Part shown: in pieces, positions 1-9,400 of the stretch
How positions within the stretch are numbered: position 1 is the first letter of the stretch
How the letters are laid out: each line of letters begins with the position of its first letter
Assembly (NCBI GenBank): GCA_041583775.1
Contig: JBFHFF010000006.1
Coordinates: forward strand, 461 to 64,460
Reading direction: 5' to 3'
DNA: 64,000 nt
DNA from: Candidatus Moraniibacteriota bacterium
Lineage (GTDB): Bacteria > Patescibacteriota > Minisyncoccia > Moranbacterales > DUUL01
Program-made: the position numbers and the translations under genes
The notes under the pieces: generated by a model
The model's database searches: none
Told to the model about the DNA's origin: nothing
The model's input: the letters and a program-made list of their open reading frames with translations, nothing else

Positions 1-462
1 TGGCATGCCATATGTTATTCGACTCGACATTATACGATAAATAAATTTTCTAATGTGTAATTATCTAAAAAAGTAAACAAACGATTCATTTCTTATTATT
101 GAGATGAATCGTTTTTATTTATTTAGCTCGTGTTGTATAAGCCAAAGCGCTAATCGCTAAAGTTTGTGATAGTGAATAATATAATAGATAGATTTCAAAC
201 AAGAACAGCTTTAGGGCTGTTTTTTTGTTTTTTAACACATGTGATTTTCAGAATAAAAATAAAAAACAGAAACGGCACTAAACTTCATCTTATGTGCCCC
301 AGAAAACATTGCTTTTCCCCACAATTAATGTGATAATTTAAGTAGATTGGGTTGTTCTTTGAAAATAAGAAACAATGAATGCTTAGTTTGATCTTAAAAA
401 GTTCCTAAACAATTTTAGTTCTATGGAAGAGCTAAAATCAACAACAAAAAGAGGAGACTCAC

Positions 463-1257
463 ATGAAAACGATTGCTAGTATTATTTGTTTGTTAATCTT
501 AGCTTTATTTCCTTTGGGAATCTCAACAGCGTCTCAGTCACTTGATAGGGGTGGGGTTGTTATCACCTTTGACGATGGTATGAAGTCACTGTTTGCTGAT
601 GCTTATCCAATTATGCGCAAGTATGGTCTGGAGGGCACGGCATTCGTTGTTGGAAACTGGACGGGCAGTTTCGAGAATATAACATTCGCCCAAGCGCGAA
701 CGCTACAATGGAACGGTTGGGAGATTGCAAACCACACCGACGGGCATGTCCATTTTTGCAATATGAATGAGACATCAATCGTTGAGAGTTTGACAAGGAA
801 TGAAGATATTTTCTACAAGGAGTCGGTAGAGATTTCACCAGGACTGGCTCCTCCCTATGGAGAGTCCTATAACGACGCTTGCCCAGGTCTTTATACAAGG
901 ATGGCGACAATCCTGGCCAATTTGGAATACGAATATTCTCGAAGAGCTTGGACGGAGAGTACGCCTCTCAATGATCCAGTTACATTTGATCGTTGGGGTA
1001 TTAATGTTCTTAGTGTTAAGAACAATGTCAGCTATTCAACGGTGGTAAGTTGGATAAACCAGGCTATTAGCCAAAAGAAAATCTTAGTGCTGGTCATTCA
1101 TAATGTTGCTACTATAGCAACGGACACTTACGATACAAGTGTGATGACACTCGAAAATATCGCTTGGTACATAGATAACAAGCGAAGCACTGGGCAGCTG
1201 GATGTTATGACACTGCACATGGCTACTCGGAAATTGGATTATTTTCAAAAGCAATAG
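463..1257 (+). CDS. Secreted polysaccharide deacetylase (NodB/CE4 family)
   Basis: Signal peptide; motifs TFDDG and EIANHTDGH; GAGGAG SD upstream. Confidence 0.9.
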   Translation: MKTIASIICLLILALFPLGISTASQSLDRGGVVITFDDGMKSLFADAYPIMRKYGLEGTAFVVGNWTGSFENITFAQARTLQWNGWEIANHTDGHVHFCNMNETSIVESLTRNEDIFYKESVEISPGLAPPYGESYNDACPGLYTRMATILANLEYEYSRRAWTESTPLNDPVTFDRWGINVLSVKNNVSYSTVVSWINQAISQKKILVLVIHNVATIATDTYDTSVMTLENIAWYIDNKRSTGQLDVMTLHMATRKLDYFQKQ

Positions 1258-1286
1258 TTCGCATTCAAAAGTAATCTACAGTTGAG

Positions 1287-1326
1287 GGCGCGCGTCTGGA
1301 AACTATCCAGATTTCGCGCCTTTTTA
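1287..1326 (+). terminator. Intrinsic terminator
   Basis: ggcgcg..tctgga-aacta-tccaga..cgcgcc hairpin followed by T-run. Confidence 0.7.
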
Positions 1327-1437
1327 TGTTTTTAAATATCATTCTATAATCACGATTTTCAATAACTCTTTTCTATCGCAAGGGGTATTTAAAAAAATGT
1401 GCTATAATTAAATTGATTAAAAATTAAATAATAAAAA

Positions 1438-2292
1438 ATGAAAAAAATTCTAATGTCATCAGTAGCCATTGTCGCAGTGTCTTTCTTGGTAGGTTCTTTA
1501 GCATTCGCGAAAAAAGAGAGTGCTGATGCTAATGATAACTCTTCAAAATCGAAAAGCGAGAAAGTAAAAGAGCTTAAAAACTTTGAAAAACCAACCAAAG
1601 AAAAAACCAATGCCTCAATCCACAAAGAAAAGACAGACGAAGTCTCTTCTGGATTATTAGATGTTGCTGAGGTGGAAAAAAACAAAGGACAACAAAACAG
1701 GGAAGAAAAAACCAATGAAAAAAAGATAAACAATCCCGATGTTGGAGCACAGGAACAAGTAAAAGAAAAAACCAGAGACGAAATTGCAACTGAACTTGAA
1801 GATGTGGCTAGTCAAACAGAGGAAGTTCAAGATGAAACAATTGATGCAATTGAAGAGATTGAAGATCGAAGTGGTTTTAAAAAATTTCTTGTAGGAACGG
1901 ACTATAAAAACCTAGGACAACTCCGAAGTAGTCTTGTTCAAAATAGGAATCAAATAAGGAAGCTCACCGGACTTTCAGGCGATATAACAGATGAGGATGC
2001 AAAACTTGCCACACAAGAGCAATTGACTATATTGATGCAAGAGCGAGAGAGAATTAAAACTGTTATCTCAGAAAACGAAGGAGGCTTTAGTCTTTTCGGC
2101 TGGGTTTCTAGATTTATGAACAATTATCCAAAAGTTTCTATTGATGATGAAGAAGAGACTCAGTTAATAGATGAAGTTGTGGCAGTAACAGAAGAGGTTG
2201 TTACTGAGCCAGAAAATACTGAAGAAGAGGTCATCGAAGAAAGGACTACTGAAGAAGATACTCAGGTAGAAACAGTGTTGGAAAATAAATAA
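1438..2292 (+). CDS. Secreted acidic coiled-coil hypothetical protein
   Basis: Signal peptide (AFA site); helical domain ending FSLFGW; long ORF. Confidence 0.75.
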   Translation: MKKILMSSVAIVAVSFLVGSLAFAKKESADANDNSSKSKSEKVKELKNFEKPTKEKTNASIHKEKTDEVSSGLLDVAEVEKNKGQQNREEKTNEKKINNPDVGAQEQVKEKTRDEIATELEDVASQTEEVQDETIDAIEEIEDRSGFKKFLVGTDYKNLGQLRSSLVQNRNQIRKLTGLSGDITDEDAKLATQEQLTILMQERERIKTVISENEGGFSLFGWVSRFMNNYPKVSIDDEEETQLIDEVVAVTEEVVTEPENTEEEVIEERTTEEDTQVETVLENK

Positions 2293-2561
2293 AATTTATT
2301 TCAGATACAAAAGGGTTTTCCTTAGGGAGAACTCTTTTTTTGTCTAATTTTTCTATGATTACAATTTTGAATTCAGAGAATGAAGAATAGTTTTTTTTGT
2401 TTTGAATAAATGCTATAATGAAGGTGCTAGCATATGGGTAAAAGTTTTTGACTTTAACTTAAAGGTCGATATCCTTGTGCGAGATAAGTAACTTAAAAAA
2501 TAATATTCTTAACCTATTAAATGGTTACAATGCTAATTTGATAGGAAAGTACATAAATAAA

Positions 2562-2747
2562 ATGAAAAATCTACATTACACAACATTTATATTATTAGTA
2601 GTTGGAGGTTTTAATTGGCTCTTGGTAGGACTTTTTCAATGGGATATTGGTGAAATTTTTGGCGGTCAAGATGCCTGGGTTTCTAGAATAGTATATATTT
2701 TAGTAGGAGTTTCTGCTGTATATGAAGCACTTCGTTCACGAAGCTAG
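2562..2747 (+). CDS. DUF378 family small membrane protein
   Basis: LLVVGGFNWLLVGLF...RIVYILVGVSAVY signature; ATG at 2562 is in frame with the track ORF. Confidence 0.85.
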   Translation: MKNLHYTTFILLVVGGFNWLLVGLFQWDIGEIFGGQDAWVSRIVYILVGVSAVYEALRSRS

Positions 2748-2980
2748 TTATAAAATAAACGATTAGCATTCTGAGCCAATTGATTATTCGGAATTTTTTC
2801 TAAATAAATTTCTAATGCTTGTTTGTTGTTGGAATTTTCATAGTCAAAAAATATAAAGCGCGATACACAAAAAACAATCACCTCAAAAGGGTGTTTTTAT
2901 TTTTATATTGAAAGTCCTATAGATATAGAGTTTTTACTCTTATATATGAGTCAAAAAATCTTTTAAAATAGGTTTTTTAC

Positions 2981-3009
2981 TTGACAGACAGGTATGTACC
3001 TGCTATTAT
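2981..3009 (+). promoter_or_regulatory. Consensus sigma70 promoter
   Basis: TTGACA-17 bp-TATTAT with TGn extension; no ORF before the terminator at 3264-3298. Confidence 0.75.
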
Positions 3010-3015
3010 TCGAAA

Positions 3016-3298
3016 ACGATATTAAAAATATGTCTTTTGGAAAATTTTTTATCGTATAGATTTGTTGTTTATATTTTAGTGAAAGATATATGGTCGCCCA
3101 CCAGATTAGGAGATTGGTTCAGAAGATCAATTTATGGGTTTGATTCCCATCGGCGACCATCATTTTATTGTGGTGATTCCAGCTCAATCGCTGAGTATTT
3201 TCCTCTTTAAGATGAAATCCCTTGAGGACTAAACCTAGTCCTCACTAAAATATAGACAATAACAAAAAAAACAGCTCGAGGGCTGTTTTTGTTTTTTT
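3016..3298 (+). ncRNA. Putative structured ncRNA containing a D-armless tRNA-like domain (3092-3159)
   Basis: 21-bp closing stem 3062-3082/3242-3262 with two G-U pairs; ATGGTCGCC/GGCGACCAT stem; ATGGG-TTTGATT-CCCAT T-arm; own promoter and terminator. Confidence 0.55.
3264..3298 (+). terminator. Intrinsic terminator
   Basis: aaaaacagc-tcgagg-gctgttttt plus T-run. Confidence 0.75.
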
Positions 3299-3436
3299 GT
3301 TAAATAACTAATCTTCGTGAGATATGAAATTTGATTTATAAAATTTGTAGTTTTCCTTAAAAAATTGTATAATAAGTCAGTATATTTAAGAATTATAATA
3401 TTGCTGTTAATGTTCTAGTTTGCTGAATTTTCAAAG

Positions 3437-6400
3437 GTGAAAATTATAAACTTAATGGGTTCAAAAAGTAAAAACAACAACAAAATAAAATCCAGAAATA
3501 ACAGGATCATTTTTTCTGTTATTTTGGCTATTTCCCTAATTTCTTTTGGGCTATTTTTATCTTGGCAGACAATTGCCGCTGCTGGCTCATTTTCTTTGAA
3601 GGATATATTGTCTGACGGGAAAAGAGTTTTGGATGGAATTTGGATTGATAAAAAAATTACTTATATTGTTGACAGTCAAATAGATTCTGGAAAAAAATCA
3701 CAAAAAGAGGAAGGGTTATATAGCGAAAATTTCGTCCTGCCAACTCCCATACCAAAAGATGGTGATTATGTTCTTAGCACTGACGGCAATGGAGGTTTGA
3801 AATGGTCTTTGACGAATACGGAATCGAGTTTGTCTGGAAATGAAATTGACGGAAAAATTGCTCATCAGACTAATGAACTTGTCTTAACAGAAGAGGGTCA
3901 ATTTGATATTGAAAGAGGTGGTGATGTGTTTGATGGTGTTTTTGCAAAAAAAGGAAGTCTTCTGATTGGGAATGGTTCGGGATATACTTCGGCAAACCTG
4001 ATTAGCTCAGATTCCAGTATTGTTTTTGGTAACCGATTTGGCTCAATAGATCTAACTTCTTCTTTGGGTAAAAAAGTAGACATCTCTGGCGAAACTAATC
4101 TTAGAATCGATAAAGAATTGAAATTGACTGGAGATTTTTTATCTATTTCATCGTCTATCGCTAGAGATAGTGAATTGCATAATGCAATAACTCTAAACGG
4201 CCCAGCTGATTATATTACGCTTGATGGGCAGAATATCAGCCGAAATTTGATTAATTTAACTTCTCATATAACTGGAATTTTACCTATTGCTAATGGAGGA
4301 ACTGGGACTGCCAGCGGTTCCCCAACTTTCACGGGCTTAACTTTAGAAGGCAATCAGGTATTGAATGGAGCTTTTTCAATTAGAGAAAGTGGAACATCTT
4401 CTGCTTATTACACAACTTTTGTCGGTGCTGATCAAGCTGGGAATATAACATATACTTTGCCAACAGGAGCTCCTGCTGGCAACAATTATGTTTTAACTGC
4501 TCAAACAGATGGAACAATGACATGGTCATCAGTGAGTGGAACAGGTGGGGTTTCAGGAATTGGAAGTGCAAATCAGGTGGCTTACTGGACCGATAGCAAC
4601 ACAATAACCGGGGAAAATTATTTAAGTATTTCTCGTGGAGGAACTGGAACCGCTACTTTAAATGATTTGATAAGCTTGGGAATACATACCAGTGGGAGTT
4701 ATATTTCAACTATCACTGGTAATACACAAATCGTAGTTGGTGGCGTGGGGGCAGAAAATGCAATTGCAACTTTAGCTTTAGGAACCGATTCAATCGGAGA
4801 TGCACAATTAGTTTTTGATACTGGGCAAAATTTAACCGTAATTAGTAATCCAACTTTTTCTGGGTTGAATTTGAGTAATTTGACTTCGGGTTCAGTTGTT
4901 TTCGTTGGAGTCGATGGACTTATTTCTCAAAACAACACTGATTTCTTTTGGGATAATATAAACAGTCGGTTGGGTATTGGTACGGTAAATCCATTGGTGA
5001 GTTTGGATATTGTTGGTGGAATAGCTGGTAGAAATGTTAGCGGTTCTAATAATGGAGCGTTTATATATGATATTGATGCTGGTAATGCCAGATTGACTCT
5101 CTATGACTCAACTGGAAATGGTGCGTTTAGATTTGATTCAACTGGAGGATCCTATGCGCTTGGCGATTCTTTCGGTATAGGAGATTCTTCACCAGATGGT
5201 AAACTGGAGGTGCGTCAGACTGCAACTGCTGATGTTCTAAATTTATATGATGGGTCTAGTAATGTTTTCACTGTTGTAGATGGTGGTAATGTTGGTATTG
5301 GAAATATAAGTCCACAGCAAAAACTTGATGTTAACGGTATTATTTTAGCCACGGGCGGATCTTCCACAAATTGGAACACTGCATATGGTTGGGGAAATCA
5401 TGCTAGTTTTGGTTATCTGACAAGTGAAGTCGATCCAATTTTTGTTGCTAGTGATGCATATGGAATTAGTGCTACGGATATTTCTAATTGGAATTCTTCA
5501 TATTCGGGCGGAATTTCTGGTTCTGGTACATCAGGCTATTTGTTGAAATTTACAGGGACAAATAGTGTTAGTAATTCGATTTTGCAAGATAGTGGAATTG
5601 GTGAGGTTAGGGTGGTGGGAAATATTATGCCAGAGATGACTGGAGCAACAGGTAATATTTCTATTCGAAATATTGGAGATGAAGATAATCGTTTTGGTCA
5701 TATTTGGGCAGAAGATGTGCATATTGGAGCAAATTCATTATATGTAAATGGCAAGAAAGTAATTTCCGATGTTTCAAGTGTGATGAATTTCACCACTGAT
5801 ATTGATCAATCAATGATAGTCAAGTCAACAGGGATTGGATCTCTTGGTTTACAATCCGATCAAGGGACACTTTTTCTTAATTCTAATGCGCTGATTAGCG
5901 CTAATGGAAAGGGAGGGATTTCATTATTGGTTTCTAGTGATAACCCGTCAATGAATTTGAATTTGACCAACAGTTCTCTTAATGGGAATATCACATTTAA
6001 TGGCACTGGATCCAATTCCCAAATCCTTGCTAGTGCGGTGCAGAAAATTTCATTGACTGCGCCTTCAGTTGAGCTAAATGGAATAGTTACAGCTGGAACT
6101 TGGAGGGGAACTGCAATTGAGGATGGTTATATTGCCAGTGCTGCCACTTGGAACGCAATGCAGAGCTCTCTTGGTTTTACGCCTTTGGATATTGCTGGTT
6201 CAAATACTATGACAGCTAATTTAAAGCTGGGAAATCACACTCTTATTGGAGGCACAAGCACAATAGATATTCTAAAACTTCAAGGAACTTCAGGAAATGG
6301 AACACTAACTTCTCCTGCAATTCAAATGAATGTTGGTGACAATGGCGCTACTAATGCACTTACAGTTTTGAATAATGGCAATGTCGGTATTGGAACGACG

Positions 6401-9400
6401 AGTCCAGGGGCTAAATTGGAAGTGGCTGGTGGTACAGACGGAAGACTTAAGATATATGGAGACTCATATCAGTCAAATATGAGAGTAGCTACAGGTGGAG
6501 TTTATTGGACTGCTGGAACTATTGAAAATGAGACAGCGTTTTGGCAGTTTTCTGCCTCTGGTGGAATAAATAATCTAAAAACAGGGTCACGAGATTTCCA
6601 AATTTATGCTACTGATTCAAATAATCCAATTGCGTATTTTACAACAACTGGCAATGTGGGCATCGGAACAACCACTCCTTCAGCAAAACTTTCCATCAAA
6701 GGCGCAGGAACAACAACTGGTATCAATTTTCAAACAACAAATTCAGCTGGTAGTCCTTTGGTGACAATGCTGGATAGTGGAAATGTCGGCATCGGCACGA
6801 CGACGCCTGCGTACGCCCTAGATGTTGCTGGTAATGTATATTTTAGGCAGGTAGTTGGTCAAAATCAACTTGTTGTTGGGCAGGCTAGCGCACAAAGTGG
6901 GTATCGTGCTTTTATAAAAGCTGGCAACCTAGCTAATATTGGGCTTGGTATACGGGGCGCTTCTGGTCAAACTGCGAATTTATTTCAATGGGAAAATGAT
7001 TCCGGTACTGGATTGGGTGGAATTGACGCTTCTGGAAATGTCGGTATCGGTACGACGAGTCCAACATCTCCATTGCACATAGAGGCTGACAATGACCCAA
7101 AAGCAATTTTAGTAAATAATGGTGGACTTAGAATGAATGGAGGAAATTCGTTTTTCATCTTCTCCAATCTTGCTTCAAATTCATTTGACGGAATATCTAA
7201 TGTTATCAATAACTTTAATAACTATGCAGGTTTATTATTGAGAAAAACCTCTACTGGCACTGGAGATTACTTTCTAGTTGAGGACTCTGCAACCAATTCT
7301 ATTTTTAAGATAGATACAAACGGGCGAGTTGGTATTGGGACGACGAGCCCAGGTGAGAAACTAGAAGTTGATAATGGAAATATTATTGCAAATATTGGTA
7401 AAGTTATATCTGCAGCTACAAATTATCGTTTTACGATGGATGCTACTAATGGTGGTGGCCCAAGATTGTCCCTTGGGAACAACAGCGTTCCCTCATCTTT
7501 TTTCGAAATAGGAGCTTGGTCAGATCGAAATAATTTTGACACAAAAGCAAGGGACCTACAATTTTATTCAACTGCTGCTCCGATTGGGTTTATTCTAAAA
7601 CAAGATACCGGCAATGTCGGTATAGGGACGACGAGTCCGGGTGATAAGTTAACTATTTCAGGAGGGTCGTTTGCTATAAGAGAAACTGATGATGGAAATG
7701 ACGCTCTTCGTTTTGATTCCGGGACACAATCTGGGGCTTTAAGATTATATTCAAATGGAACTAAAACAATTGAGATTCACGGATATGATACAAATCCTAG
7801 TTATTTCAACGGTGGCAATGTCGGCATAGGGACGACTAGCCCGCAGGCGAAGCTGGATGTATCGAACTTGGTAACAGATAATACAGATAACTCTATTGGT
7901 GTAAGGACTTCTATTACAGCGAACGCTACTAGTGATAATAGTGGCAGTGTTTATGGTTTGATATTTTCTTCTAATTCTGGCAAAGATTCATATAACAGAA
8001 CCGGATCTTTGTATGGCTTGCAAGGGTTTTCCTATCATAACGGGACCGGAACATTGGGGACTGCTGTTGGTGGAAAACTCGGTGTTCGTGTAAATGCAGA
8101 CTCTCCTGGTATAATAAATTCTGTTAACGGGATTGAGGTATCTTCTGGAATTTCTTCTGGTAAAAGCGGACGAATTTTGAATAATTATGATATACGGTTA
8201 AATTCACCTTTGCTCGGTACTGGAGGTGAAATAATCAACGATTATGGTTTATATATTGGAAATCGTGTTGGTACAGGTTTGAATTATTCTATTTATACAG
8301 GTACAGCACAATCATATTTCGGTGGTAATGTCGGTATCGGAACGGAGAGTCCGTTATCACTTCTTCATCTTGGTGGAACACCTGGATCGCTTGCTAGTGG
8401 TTTGACTTTTGGTGATGGAGATAGTGGTTTTTACGAAAATAGTGATGATGTTTTACGTCTTCAATTAGGTGGCAATTTAGCTATTCAGATGTATTATGAC
8501 TTTATTAAAGGTTCAAGTAGCGGTGCGTTCTCCATGAGGTCACTATCTGGCTCTGCTTTATATCCTACATATTCATTTATTGGTGATGAGAACACTGGAC
8601 TATTTAGCAATACGGCAGATGTTCTTCAGTTTTCAACAAATGGAAGTGAAAAGATGAGAATAGATACTGCAGGCAATATCGGCATAGGGACGACGAGCCC
8701 TACTGTGGCTTTAGAAATCCAAGGCGGTACAGACCCTAAGATTAAGATTAAAGGAACGCGGCCGTATCTAAGTTTAGAAACTACTCAAACTGGAAATACG
8801 GATTGGACTTTTGTTGGGGGTTATTATAGCGCCGATTCATTAAGTGTGCGTGCAGGAACTGCGAATATTATGACATTTTTGAATAACGGCAACATCGGGA
8901 TTGGGACGACGAGTTCTTCAGCAAAACTTTCTATCAAAGGCACAGGAACAACAACGGGTATCAATTTTCAAACCACAGATTCAGCTGGTAGTCCTTTGGT
9001 TACAATGTTTGATAATGGTAAAGTCGGTGTTGGTACAACAAGTCCATTGACAACACTAGATGTTGTTGGAAATTTTCAATTTAGGGATGCAGAAACTCCA
9101 ACAAAAGGCGTGAGGTATCGTTTTGGTTCTGCTACTGATTTAGAGGCTAGTGGGGCACCTTTGTATTTTTCCGTATGGGATGACAGTAATTTTTTGGGAT
9201 TTCAAAGACAAAAAATGGTAATGTTTAGTGGTTCCAATGAAACTCACGGATTAAAGAAGTGGGTTTGGAAAGATTATGTCGGTGCATCAATAAACCACAT
9301 TATAGATGGTTCTGGTGGGGTGGTATTTAACGAAAGTGGAAACGATTTTGATACAAGAATTGAGGGAGATACCGACCAAAACTTATTGTTTATTGATGCT

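Noticed and set aside
2755-2830. Possible stem-loop structure after the DUF378 gene
   Set aside because: Pairing is AT/GU-rich and could arise by chance; no promoter or family signature
3092-3159. Canonical tRNA or tmRNA
   Set aside because: No D-arm, T-loop is TTTGATT, C-C mismatch at the acceptor/T junction, no G3-U70 pair or tag reading frame
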